64,000 nucleotides of DNA from Vicugna vicugna (Eukaryota), in NCBI GenBank assembly GCA_013265495.1, contig MU058531.1:2356911-2420910 (forward strand), written 5' to 3'. Below, piece after piece: positions 51,981-64,000 of this stretch; position 1 is the stretch's first letter, and every line of letters begins with the position of its first letter. Both the position numbers and the translations under genes were made by a program. Below the pieces are notes generated by a model. That model did no database searches. It saw only the letters and a list, made by a program, of their open reading frames with translations, and had not been told where the DNA came from.

Positions 51981-52589
51981 TTATTATCTCATTTAATTCT
52001 CTCAACAACCATACATCAAAGGTAATGTTATTATCCTCATTTTACAGATGAGGGATCTGAGGCTTAATGAGGGCATATAAGGTATCAACTGGCGCCTTGT
52101 ATTCCTGATAATTCTCTAAAATAATCTCCAGTGTCCATACCTTACCTCTGACATAGTCTTCCTTTAGTGCCTAAGGCTGAACCTTGTCATCTCTTACCTA
52201 TCTCATCAAATAATAATACATGTACATCCTTTCTTAACTTGCTTATTCCTTCCTAGAGTGTGAAGGCTTCTGTTATTCCTGTTAAATTTTTTTTTGATGT
52301 TTTGTGTGTCTATGTGAGTAGCAGTTAGAATGAAACTGAGGTATAAAATATATAAGAAGTCTCTTCCTTGATGTTGCTCTCTCTTGTCCACTTCCCCTCC
52401 CCACTACAGCAGGACCCTTTTGGTTGGTCTACAGTCTTGGTTTGGTAGTAGATGCCCAGGTAAACAACTTTCAGCTCACAAGAAAGCTTTCTCTTGCTCA
52501 TCTGCTCTCATTCAATGCAGAAGTAAGCTGAGCTGTCTTTGCTGCAGAAAGCCACCCACATCTGCAGATTTGCCCCTGCAATCTGCCCT

Positions 52590-52742
52590 TGCTTCTCCAA
52601 GCATGGTCAGAATCCCCCAGAAGCTTGTTTAAATGCACATTCCTGGGATTTTGATTCATAGGAATAGGTGAAACAAGGAATCTGTGTTTTATTAAACTGT
52701 CCCCTTCCCCAGAGATCTTACTTTAAAGCTCAAGAACTATTC
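52590..52742. mobile_element. MER5-like hAT fragment
   Basis: tcagaatccccc...gcttgtttaaatgcacattcctggg...ggaatctgtgtttt. Confidence 0.5.
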
Positions 52743-53069
52743 ATTGGTCTAGGTCCATCTGGTGTAGGACTGTAAGGGTAAAGGATAATGAGAACACACC
52801 CTTACTGATGGTTGCCCTTGACTCCTCCTTTGGAATTCTCACCTCTCTCTACTGTAGTTCCATGAGTCTTTGCATAACTGGCTGCTACCACCATGCTTGG
52901 CTTTGGGGCTCCCCTAGCCTCTTGGCTTGACTGTGGAGAAATACATGCTTTCTTTATCCCAATGTAGCTGCGATGCTTATGGATTTTTTTTCTAGCCCGT
53001 GTTCTGCTGCTAAGAACTAGCTCACAGCAAGCTCTGATCCCACTGACTGAGAAAGAGTCCAATAAAGCA

Positions 53070-53290
53070 CAGTGGTTATCCTCTAATCCACGTGAGCTGG
53101 AGGGACCTGAGTTTAAGTTTCACCTCCACTCAGGAACATGGCTATGGGATGTAGGTCAATCAGTGGATCTCTTTGGGCTTCCACTTTCTTATCTATGAAA
53201 TAGAATGAGGATGTTTGCTCTACCTATGTCAAAGAGTTGATGAATAGGAAGACTGGGCTAACGATGTGCAAATGTATCCTAAAGGTAACA
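53070..53290 (+). mobile_element. MIR, degenerate
   Basis: gacctgagtttaagtt...tttctctatctatgaaatag. Confidence 0.5.
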
Positions 53291-55608
53291 CTGTGATATC
53301 ACTGTTGTGCTATAAAGGAAAATATTCAGGTTAGTTGGAAAGCTCTCTTAGAACACTCTTTTATGTTGAGAAAACCTTCCAGGGATCTATAAGTAGTGGG
53401 AAACATGGAGAAGTTTGCCTTACATGAAACTTTTAAGTGTTGAAACTACAGTGCTCCAACAAAAGCTGACCACCTACCATGAAACCAAGATCAAAGCTGT
53501 TCTCTTTTAAATGGAAAAGACAAAGTGAGCTTGTCCTGTTTGTCTTTCCTCATGTGGGATGCCTCCCCAGGGCTTGCTACTTCGAGAGTGTTAGCCCAGA
53601 CAGATGCTTTTAAGGTAAACCCACGGCGTCAATTGTGAAATAGAAAAGTCAGTGATAGGGTGCATCCCCAAATTAGTTGTTAGTTCACCTCCATTCACTG
53701 TCAGGGAGAAAACTGCTCTTGTGTGCCTGGACGCCTTCACACCTGCCAGCTGACACACTTGAGGCTGCTTCTGAGAAGGCTCTATTTCTCACTCTTGAGC
53801 AACTTAGCAACTGGGCTGCTGGGAAGCAGAGAACAGGACCTAGCAGCTCTGTCAGGCCCGATACCCCATCCCCCAGCCCGAACTACTGAGGGTGCCCTCT
53901 GGAGGTTTATTCACTGTTGGTGTTGAAGTATCTGGCCCCCTGCTTTTAAACAGAATCAAGAGCGGTACACAGTGGGAGTTTATTGCATGTGGTGGGTGCA
54001 AACCTGAGCCTGTAACTCCACGCTTTAATTGTACGAGCAGACTTTGAAGCAGGCCTTTCCCGAGCTGATGGTGTGCATGGGAAATGCCTTGTAGATATCG
54101 CTCACAATAGGGAAATCCTGTCCTGTATACTGTGATTGGGGCAGAAAGCCTCAATAAAGGGCCAGGCTTTGAGGTATTTTAAAAGAGAGATTAACACTTA
54201 TTGTAAAAGTGCTAATCACTGATTGAATTAATCAAGGGCCAAACTACAAGGTGTTAACAAGAAAGATTAGTGACTTTGGGTGTGAATATTCAAAACCAGG
54301 GATTGTGAAACGTGGGACAAAATTTTTCCTGGGTACACAGCAGAAAAAAGAACAAATAGGAGACAAGATAATGAACGACTACTTTTACCCAGCAATTTCC
54401 TCTTGAGCAGGCTGGGGAATCATTGTTAAAAATATGAAACGTCAAGTGCATGGAAAAGTGCTTGGCTTATAATAAGGACTCAATAAATATGTTAGCTATT
54501 GTTATTCTGTTAAGGTCCCCTGTTAGAAATATTAACTGAGGACTAGGGAGAAACTTTTGTTTACTGTAGAGAAAAAAAAAATGTCTGGCTCAATTATTAA
54601 AAAAAAAAAGCTTAATTTGCCTGAAGGGAATTAGAGATCTTGAATGTACAGTTTAAGCTTAACTACTTTTATAATAAAGGACTGAGGAAAATACTTTAAT
54701 GCTACAACATATGCTAAAATTATTTTTCCCTCCTTCCTAGAAAAAATGATCTGCATTTTGAGAACCACATAACCAAGGAAATAGAACTTGAACGTGAAAT
54801 TAGAACACAGAAGGAAATAGTTGATTCAAATAAATGACTATGGCCAAATCATGAAGGCTGGATAAAATGGTTTTGGGGGAAGCCTGTATTTGTAGCAAAC
54901 ACAATGGGAGGGCAGAGGGGAAGAGAGAGGCCCCCGGGGGAGGTTGCTTGGAGAATGAGGAGCTTTGAGAATGAGGTGTTAATTTTGGAAGAATATAATG
55001 AAGGATGTTAAACAAATCCAGAAGGAAAAAAAAACTGAAATAGATAATGTATTAAGTGGAGTTAACTTGAAAGAAATCCTTTAAAAAATCTGCATGGAGC
55101 AATTGATAGTTGAATGAGTGTCTTTTTAGTACTGAATTGAGGAAGAAGGAGAAGGGCACTCACATTTATTGGGCCTTACAAGGGTCATTGAATGGCTGGG
55201 AGGAGTCAAAGGATAATTTGGTGTAGGTCTCCTCCCAAAGACGACTTCACATTTAGACAGTTCCAGACTAAGGACCTTAAATAGGTGATCCCTTTTAATT
55301 CTCACTATAATCCTGCAAGAAGGGGAATCTTACAGGTGGAGAAACTAAAGCTCAGTATGAAGTCCTCGACATACCTACTCATTGTCCTTTTTGAATGTAA
55401 ACCAGCCAGAATGGATCCAAAGTTGCTGGAGTGTGCATCTAAATTTTCTTAGGTAGGAAAAGAAGGGTTTAGATGGATTTAGATAAGAATTTTAGATGAA
55501 AGAATGGTTTAAATGAATTTAGAGGAAGTGTGCATCTAAATTTTCTTAGGTAGAAAAGAATGGTTTAAAAATATTTTTTAAAAATTTATTCATTTAATTG
55601 GCATGTTT

Positions 55609-55755
55609 GAGGGGGAGAGTATAGCTCAAGTGGTAGGCTGCATGCTTAGCATACATGAGGTCCTGGGTTCAATACCCAGTACTTCCATGAAAAGTAAATT
55701 AATTAATAAAGAAGCCTAATTATCTCCCCCCACCGAAAAACAAAAAAACAAAAAA
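55609..55755 (+). mobile_element. tRNA-Ala-derived SINE (Vic-1 type)
   Basis: gtatagctcaagtggtagg...gcttagcatacatgaggtcctgggttcaatacccagtac; TSD catttaattggcatgttt / catgtaattggcatattt. Confidence 0.88.
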
Positions 55756-55796
55756 CATGTAATTGGCATATTTTAAAATTTTTCATCACTTAGACC

Positions 55797-56092
55797 AGCA
55801 CTGTCCAATAGAAATGTAACGTCAAGCCATATAATGTAATTTAAAATTTTCTAGTAGTCACATTTTTTAAAGAAAGCAAATGAAATTAACTTAAATAATA
55901 TATTTATTTAATATATAATTTTAACATGTAATGAAGATACAAAATTATTAATGAGATATTTTACCTTTTTTTTTTTTCTGTACCAAGTCTTTGAATTCTG
56001 GTATGTGTTTTTAGACTTACAGCCTGTTTCAGTTTGGACTAGCCGCATTTCAAGGGCTCAGTAGCCACATGTAGCAACTGTATTGGACAAGA
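55797..56092. mobile_element. MER33-like hAT-Charlie element
   Basis: cagcactgtccaatagaaat...ggactagccgcatttcaagggctcagtagccacatgt...gtattggaca. Confidence 0.8.
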
Positions 56093-56289
56093 GAGACTCG
56101 GGATATGTAAAGCACAAATACGCTGGTTCTAGCCTTTGCAGATAACAACCGAGTAAGCCTAGAGGGTAAGAGGCCCACCAGAAAGTAATGAGCTACTGGT
56201 GAATATTTCTCCTTTTGTTTTTCCAGGGGAAAGGCCATAATTTGATTTTTTTTTCCCCTTTGTCCCTGGGGCCAATGCAGATAAGGCAA

Positions 56290-56640
56290 AAGTTACCTTT
56301 GATCCACTTGCCTCTGACTGGTCCCAGTCCTCTCTCTACGGGCAGCTACTGTTAGCAGCGTGGTGCTTCTAGATCTATTTGTGTGATTTCGCAGATTTGC
56401 ATACATCCAGAAATACCATGTTGGCATGTGTGTTTTTTAAAAGGTGGTGAAATAGCACATCTCTCTTTTTTCTTCTTTCCCAATTTGCTTTTCTCATTTA
56501 ACATTATGGCTTTGAGAACTCTTCATGTTGGTAGATTTATCAACCTCATTCTTTGAAATTGTTTCGTAGTAGTCTATAATTTATTTAACCATTTCCCCAT
56601 CAATGGACAGTTTCTTTCTAATTTACTATTGTTAATAGTA
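56290..56640 (-). mobile_element. Ancient L1ME 3' fragment
   Basis: ttgctttttctcatttaaca...atttatttaaccatttccccatcaatggaca. Confidence 0.5.
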
Positions 56641-57244
56641 GAACAACAATAAATATAATTGCCTCTTTTTGATGGTGAAAATAGTATTGTTTTCAGAGAG
56701 GAGAATGGCAGGTCTGTCAGAGATTGGGAAATTAAATAAATTGTTCAAATTATGTGGCTGAGAGCACTGCTGATGCCTCTCTGAGTTTCCCCAGCCCACC
56801 CTTAGAGCTATGCCATTCCTCCTCAGAGATGCTCAAAATAAGTCATGGCAAGTGTTTCTTTGCTAGAGATACCTTGGCTTTTTAGGAGCTTGAAACTGGA
56901 GTGGAGGATGAATAGAAAGAAAACAAGTTCCCTAAGGCTCAAGAGAGATAAAGCCTCCAGCCAGATCAATGGTGTGATGCCAGTTTGGAAAATTCACTGG
57001 GATCCTTCACATCCTCACCCCCATCCTCCAGGTGTATAAAGTCCTCACATTGCTTTGTTGATGTCCTGAGCCAGGCCTGCCTTCTCCCCTCTTCTCTGTA
57101 GAACTTCTTTGTCACTTTAATTCCTCCGAAGGAATTAAATTAATTTAATCCTTACACATTAATGACAATAAGCAACAGTCCTCTAACCTTCATAAGGAGA
57201 TTTGTACTTAAAAGGTGTGTTAAATTGTCAATTCTTTATTCTCT

Positions 57245-57345
57245 CCATTCATCCACCCATTCGTTCAACAAATATTTAATGACTATCTACCATGTGCTAG
57301 GCACTGGGTTAGGGCCTGGAGATGCAAAGATGAAATAAGACTTTC
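57245..57345 (-). mobile_element. L2 3' tail
   Basis: cattcgttcaacaaatatttaatgactatctaccatgtgctaggcactg. Confidence 0.7.
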
Positions 57346-58979
57346 AGGTACTGTGCAGGGGACAGTAATCTTTGGGGTGGTAAAAGAGGAGTGTGTTGTA
57401 AAAGGGAATCATTTTAGAGTTCTACCCATCACAGTATTTAAGGGTAGCCCTGCGTAAAAACTTAGCAGAAAGGAAAGAGTTCATTTAAAGGTGTTCTGAG
57501 ATGGACCATATACTCTTCTACCCCACTCCTTGTCCCTGGTTTTTTCCTCCCTCTTTCATTTTATCCCCTTGTCCTGTCCTAGCTGTGGAAGCTTCCTCTG
57601 CCTCCTCTCTCTCCACAGCTGCCTCTCAGTTCAGACAAGGAACAAATCTGGGACATTAGAGACAGACAGTCCAGAGCCCATGGTGGAAAGCATCATGTGA
57701 TGAAATAGTAAATCTCATTTTTGAGACAGAGTTCTGTGCAAAGCAGATACAGTTAAGTATTCTTCCCCACCGAAGCACTTAATAAATCATTTGCATATTA
57801 TGTTTAATTTTAAACTATGCATTGTAGAATTACACTAACCTAAGATATTTTTGAAAAAGATTTCTGCTTCCTCCCCTTCCCATGTTGAACCGATCAACGT
57901 GGCATCTACCCAAAAAGGATTTTAAATTAGTGAGTCATTAGGCTGTGTAAAAAGAGCTTACCTTGTGTAAAGGTACCCTCTTCCACAAAACAAAAAGGCT
58001 TCAATGACCACAACTCATTTAAAGTGAAGATTAAACATTTTAACCAGAACAGTGCCCTAATTCAGCAAATTTTATTTATGTCTAAATGCAATGCTATTGG
58101 CAATGAAGAGCAATTCGAGAAGTCATAACCCAAGACAATTATTGTGAGGGCCTTTAGAGTTCCCTATAAATTTCCCCCAGTGACCTCAGAGCCAACGCTT
58201 AACCACAGAGTCAAATATTTGTATTAGGTGTTCCTGTGTTTAACACACTAATTAAAAAGATAGAATTCTTTGATTCTGTCTCAAATCATTTTACTTCTAA
58301 TCTCTTCCTGGAAAAGCCTGCTGGATAAATGGAACTAAGAGTATGCTTTCTAAAAAGAGGCTTTACCATGTTGTAATAAATCCGGGGACCGGGGACATTA
58401 ATGCACCTGAAGTGCCCTTAATGAGTCAATGGTGGGGATCATCCTTCGAGTCTTGTTTCAGGGACCTTTACCTTGAAGGTTATAAATCCTCTGAGAAATG
58501 ACTATAATGGGGGAAAGCTTTACCAAAGGAAACACTGAGTTCAAACACAGCTAAATGCCCTGGCCAGAAGGGCAGATTTAAGGACAGGGGAGGAAGCCAT
58601 GACACTTTGAGGCATTAACTCAAAAAACTTGTTTTTGGTGAGGTCACATGACTGGCCCTGAAATCTACTCAGAGGAAACCAAAATACCATTTGGAAATCT
58701 TCCTATTGGCCCCATAATAATGTATTTCTCTTCCCTTCCTTCCTATTTACAATTTGGGGTGTGAGGGACTATAAAGAACTTGCATCCGAAGAGTAGTCTG
58801 AGGGCCACCTGCATCAGAATCACCCCCAGGGGAATTCTCAAGAATTAGCACTCCCAGGCCCAACCTCATTCCTACTGAACCAGAAATATTCAGGGTTGTG
58901 GTGATGCTGGTGGTGCTTGTGGGGTGGGGAAGGCTTGGATTCTGAATTGTCTTTGGTTTTAAAAATTAAATATTTATAG

Positions 58980-59490
58980 CTTTGCACAGTGGCAGTATCA
59001 TAGCCAATGAGGTTTATCCAAGATGTGATTATTGCCAATTGAAAAATTAAATATTTATTTATCTATTTTTAAAAACCGTAATAAAACCATTACATGTTAA
59101 GATATGTATTTCATGAAAAATAATTATATGTTTGAAAACAACAACTAATTTAGTAAGACGAGTGGTATCATTTTATCTTTGTGCAAATGTCTTTAATATC
59201 TGGCTTTAATTAAGGACAGATGGATTCTCTTTTCTGCTTCTGCATTGAATCTGTTGTGATATGTTGTATTGGTTGAAGCCTGGCATTATACAGGTATGTA
59301 GTTGGAAAAAAGAAGGGTATATTAATAGCATTCTCAGCTAATTGTGAATAGATAGATAGATATTTCACAGAAACTGGACAAGTAACAGTTTCTTAAAGGG
59401 TAATTACAATGCAGAATCTGAAGTCGTATCAGTGAAGTTTTTAAACTGTTAACATTAAAGTTTATTCATCTACTTGGATCTGCCATTTTT
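58980..59490. mobile_element. hAT-Tip100 element (Arthur1/MER69-like), flanked by MER5-like pieces
   Basis: gcaaatgtctttaatatctggctt...gatggattctc...tctgcttctgcattgaatctgttgtgatatg. Confidence 0.55.
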
Positions 59491-59984
59491 AACCAGCTAC
59501 TTTGTATGCTGCTTATACAAACCATAGTTTAAGAACCACCGAATTCAGTTCAACTACTTTATTACACAGAGATAAACTGGGGCCCCATAAATGCATCCTC
59601 TGGTCCCCACAACCCCTCTAAATGCTTATTTCTATATCCTGTACTGCTTCTTATTCCTTTTCCTGGTGATAATTGTGGACATCTCAAGGCTCAGACACTA
59701 AACTCATTTTTAAGATTTCTGCCTGGTTCTACCTGAATAGTTGTCACAGCTTCAACCCTCACTGCCATGCTGATAACCCCCAAATCTATATCTGTAGCCC
59801 TGACCTCTCACCTTAGCTCCTGCCCCTTATCTCTGTCTGCCTACCACTGGAGACTCCTGCCTGGATTTCTCACTACTAAATATCCAGAACCAACCTCCTC
59901 AGATTCCTCGCTATGAAGGAAATGTTGTCTGGTGTGTATGTTACTTGCTTTTGGTACCACTGCAAACAGTAATGATAATAAAAG

Positions 59985-60220
59985 TAATAGCTGCTGTATT
60001 CTGATTATCTACTATATGTCAGGCATTTTATACTTACCAGCTCCTCTAATCCTCCCAACAACCCTGCAAGGCAGGAGTTATCTGCATTTTTATAAGTGAA
60101 GAAACTGAGGCTCGGAGGAGCTAAAGTTAAATCTGCCCCAAATCACAAAGCTAGTACGTGGGATTCAAAATCATGATTGTCTAGATCCAAAGCTCGTGTT
60201 CTTTCTGCTATGTCACACAA
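59985..60220 (-). mobile_element. MIR
   Basis: taatcctcccaacaaccctgcaaggcagg...gaaactgaggctcgga. Confidence 0.75.
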
Positions 60221-60509
60221 CTATCACATTTTAGAATTTATAGCTAAATTTCTTGAGAGACAGGGAACATCAGTCATCTCTGTGCATCTTTGGAATTTGG
60301 CATCTCTTATGTGCCTCCATTGACAAAGTCTGCCACATAACAGGTGGTGATGAGGCTTTGGACTCAGGCAGAATCAGGTTCTATCTCAGTGCCATTATTT
60401 ACATGAAAAGGCAGAGTAGTTAACCTTTCTGAGCCTCAGTCTACTCATCTGTGAAGTGACTATTACCTCCCAGGAGTACTGGGAAGAATAAAAGGAAGAA
60501 GGTATGTAA

Positions 60510-60974
60510 GAATCAACCAAAATGCCTATTAACTGATGAATGGATGAGTAAAATGTCATAAATCCACACAATGGAACTATTTGTCAAGAGAAAGCAATGA
60601 AGTCCTGATACACTCTAAGACGTGGATGAACCTTGAAATCATTACGCCAAGTGAAGAGGTCAGTCATAAAAGACGACATGTAGTATGATTCATATACATG
60701 AAATGCCCAGAATAGGCAAATCTATAGAAATAGAAAGTAAGTTAATGGTTGCCTAAGGCTGAAGGTAGGGTGGGAGGGTGACGCCATGAGGGAAATGGGC
60801 AGTGACTACTGTTAGGAACAGCGTTTCTTTTTGGGGTGATGAGTATGTTGTAAAATTGATTATGCTGTTGGCTGCACAACTCTGTGGATACACTAAAAAT
60901 CACTGAATTATACACTTTAAACAGGTGGATTATACACTGTGTGAATTATATCTCAGTAAAGATGTTTTATAAAA
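60510..60974 (+). mobile_element. L1MB-type 3' end inserted into a MIR (~60345-61030)
   Basis: tggatgaaccttgaaa...aataggcaaatctatagaaatagaaagta; TSD aagaaggtatgtaa / aagaatgtatgtca. Confidence 0.85.
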
Positions 60975-63641
60975 AAGAATGTATGTCAAACGCTTAGCAC
61001 ATAATTGATGCTCAGTAAGTTCTCACTGTTCTAGCGTTTGTCCTCCTTGCCTGGTTTGTCTCCAGTAACCAATGGCAGACATTTGTTCCTACTTGCAATG
61101 CCCTGGCTTTTCATTAGCTTAAGTGTAGGCCTTCTCCCCTGCCTTGTTAAACACTTGGCAGACTTTCTTTGTCTCCTTTTCAGGTGCTTGAGGAATTCGG
61201 GGGCAGTCTGCCTGCTGCTCCTTGTGCTTGACCTCTGTCTTGGCCTGGGCTGTCCTGTATATGCACCTCCTTCATGGAGCCTCTCAAAATAACCTTCTTG
61301 GGCCACCTTTCAGACCTTCCCCCTCTCTTCCTTGTTCAACAAACACAAGGTAGGAAGCAACCCTAAGCAGACCACACCTAGGCACTGTGGGTAACCACGG
61401 AGGTTAAAGACTTGCAAAGGGCTCTTTGATTGTGGTTGGGGAAGTGACACATAGATATAAAAACACACCTAAGCTGAGGACGCAACTCTGTTAGGTGTCA
61501 ATTGTGTAATTCTCACCTGCGTGCTATGGAAGTTTAAAGAAACGGGAGATCATTGGTCAGGGAACTCTTCAAAAAGCAGTTGGTTTTTGAGCGATGGGTA
61601 GGCTTCATACTGGAAGAGAGAATGGGGCGGGTGTGTAAGCAAAGGCATAGATATGTGTCTTCCTTCTTCCTGCCCTGTACACTTATTGAGCACATATTAT
61701 ATGCTAGACCTTGGGATTATGAAAAAAGAGTAAGCCTGAGTCTTGCCCTCTCAGAACTTACAGATGTGGGGAAGCTGGACACAAAGAAAAGACAAGAAAT
61801 CAACGAATATAGTGGAGCCAGTGAGATACGCATCTGAGGGAGTTAGTAAAGGCATCACAGAAGAGCTGACAATTGGACTTTCGGAGTGAAGAGTTGAGAA
61901 CACATAGAGCAAAGAAAAGGCCAGGGGCTCGAAGTCTGGGGTCCCAGGCCAGGAGCTGAGGTTGTTAAGGTGTGTTGGGGTTTCATTGTAAGGGTTTGGT
62001 GTCCTGTGTTAAGTCATTTATGTTTCATTCTGAGGCAATCAAAGGTGATGGTGGGGGCACACTCCACTTCTCTCGGGCAAAATGGTCTAATTCTATTGTC
62101 TTTCTGCTTTCTTTTTGGACATTAGCCCCCTTGCAACTCTTCCTGCAGCTGGGCTCCTTGCTTTCATTAACCACGAGTGCTGTCAAAGTCATCTTTTTTT
62201 AAAGTCTTGCCATGCAAGTACCTGGGAGGGCCTACTTCCCTTCCCCTCTCTCATCTTTCACGCATCTTACTGGAGGCAGAAGGAAGCTTGAATAACACCC
62301 CTACCCACCACCCCAGCAGAGATCACCAATTTCAGAATCGAAATACTGTGGATCCCATGGATTTTTGCCTGTGGTCAAATGCAACATGTCTATTGCCTGA
62401 CTTTTCAGTTTTTATCTTCATTAAAGCATTTGAAAATGCAGATCCAAACCATCCAACAAGTAAGTCCTTAAATGTTCCCAAACAAAATTATTACACTATC
62501 CATGGAATTCTTCTAGTACTGGAAGATTTAAAGTATCTTTTAAAGAAACATAAGTCCCTTTATAGTTCATTGAAAGATTAGTAGAAATGCATATAACACA
62601 TTCAAATGTACTTAGGAAGTGTTTTTAAACCGAGCACTGTACAGATAATTATTTCTATAATCTACGAGCAAAATGAGATTGTAGTTTCCAAACAAAATAA
62701 AAGGGCAAGTTTATTGACTGAATTCATACTCATTTATCATACTCTCCTGTACTGTATTAATATCTTTAACTAGCCAGTCAATCATAAAAAAAATTAAATC
62801 CTCAGTAAATCTTATCGGGACCACAAAAATAATGGGATTTCTGTTTACAAGGTGTCGATTGTGTTCAGAGTCTTTGATAATGACTGCAGACAGTCAATAA
62901 ACACTGAGACATTTACATGGTCAGTAGGAGCCTAACTAAACTATCTAATCTTTCAAAAGACAGTCAACACAATGAACTCTAAGCCTAATCCCCTCAAATA
63001 CTGGAGAGAGAGTTTAGTGCTTTAAATACTACTCAACTCCAAACCCCACACTAAAAAGAACCATTAAGGCTTTTCCTTAAACTCACAGAAGCAGGACAGT
63101 CTGATTTTAGTTCCATTCTCTGATGGCAAATCTTTACCTTACAATCTAAGTTCAACCTTTTATAGGATCTGGGATTTGCAAAGGGTAGCAAGTATTGTAA
63201 GTATTGTAGGACTGGCCTAAAAAGTGAAAAAGGAGTAGCATTTAATGCTTATTTCAAACTTTTTCAATGACTTTTTTTTTTTAATTTCAAGAGAGCAAGA
63301 TACATTCATTGTTGATTTTGTTTGTTATAATCAGGTAAACTCACGTTTGCTCAGAACTCCTGTATAGTTGGTCCTACATTTTGTTGCTGGGAGATTTTTT
63401 TAAAAAAGAAACTGAAAGAAAAAAAACCCAAACTATTAATTGACCATTTCCTCTCTTCCAGGCCTATATTATTCAATGAAGATAAAGGTTTAAAAATTCT
63501 AGAATCCTGATAAGAGACATATCAGGGAAGTTGAAGATGCCTGACTGTGAAGCCATCAATTTAAATACTAAAAGAAACTTGGATTTCCGGTGTCCAGAAG
63601 AGAAAGAGAAAGAATTTCAGCAGGACTTGTGTAAATGCTCT

Positions 63642-63798
63642 CTAAAAAAATTTTTTTATTGAAGTATAGTTGATTTACAATGTGTTAGTTTCAGGTGTAC
63701 AGCAAAGTCATTCAGTTATACATATATATACATATATATATATACACACACACATATATATACATATATATATATATATTTCAGATTCTTTTCCATTA
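63642..63798 (-). mobile_element. Short L1 3' tail with internal (TA/CA)n microsatellite
   Basis: ttttattgaagtatagttgatttacaatg...cagattcttttccatta; TSD tgtaaatgctct / tgtgaatgctct. Confidence 0.85.
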
Positions 63799-64000
63799 TG
63801 TGAATGCTCTTTTGATTCTATGCTTTTTTGGTGATATTAGTCAATAACATGAGGATGTTTGGGAGTGCATTTGTTAGATACTGGCTGGGAAAAGTGGGCC
63901 ATGGCATCCCACTGGGAAAGAAAGATTTTCTTGAGATGTCTGATTTGGGGCTATTTTTTTTTTCACGTATAGCCCAAAGTATTGGGTTCTTCGTTGCTCT

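Noticed and set aside
55430..55567. Repeat-spacer-repeat pattern as a CRISPR-like array
   Set aside because: Only two units, the spacer derives from the same sequence, the context is mammalian, and there are no cas genes.
7906..55755. Five tRNA-Ala(AGC)-like sequences as tRNA genes
   Set aside because: Each has extra 5' G/A bases, substitutions and A-rich tails, and four have visible TSDs. They are SINEs.
63345..63411. Minus-strand exon candidate (ttctttcag...AAC|GTGAGT)
   Set aside because: From the strong acceptor, the otherwise open frame hits TAA at once; the peptide is unrecognisable and the strand is opposite to the inferred host gene.
1..64000. A host protein-coding gene or a new multi-gene system
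   Set aside because: The remaining ORFs are short, mostly lie in repeats or begin at non-ATG codons, and resemble no protein family I know. There is no CpG island or exon chain.

Overview
Mammalian non-coding DNA, most likely from a camelid (camel/alpaca/llama). The lineage call rests on five tRNA-Ala(AGC)-derived SINEs of the camelid Vic-1 type. About half of the window is recognisable transposable-element debris: MIR, L2, ancient L1M/HAL1, lineage-specific L1, MaLR/ERVL solo LTRs, and hAT/Tigger DNA elements (MER2, MER20, MER33, MER63, MER91-like). I recognise no host protein-coding exon. The only convincing long reading frame is the C-terminal ~500 aa of L1 ORF2 in a very young 5'-truncated L1 at 38099-39886 with a perfect 18-bp target-site duplication (TSD). 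L1 copies are strongly biased to the minus strand, which suggests the window lies in an intron of a plus-strand gene. I found no new biological system. The most unusual items are a chimeric young/old L1 3'-end insertion, a 50-bp L1 micro-insertion, in-frame deletions in the young L1 ORF2, SINE tail variants and a few repeat-free motif-rich blocks. Repeat family names come from memory of consensus sequences, and boundaries of old repeats are approximate.
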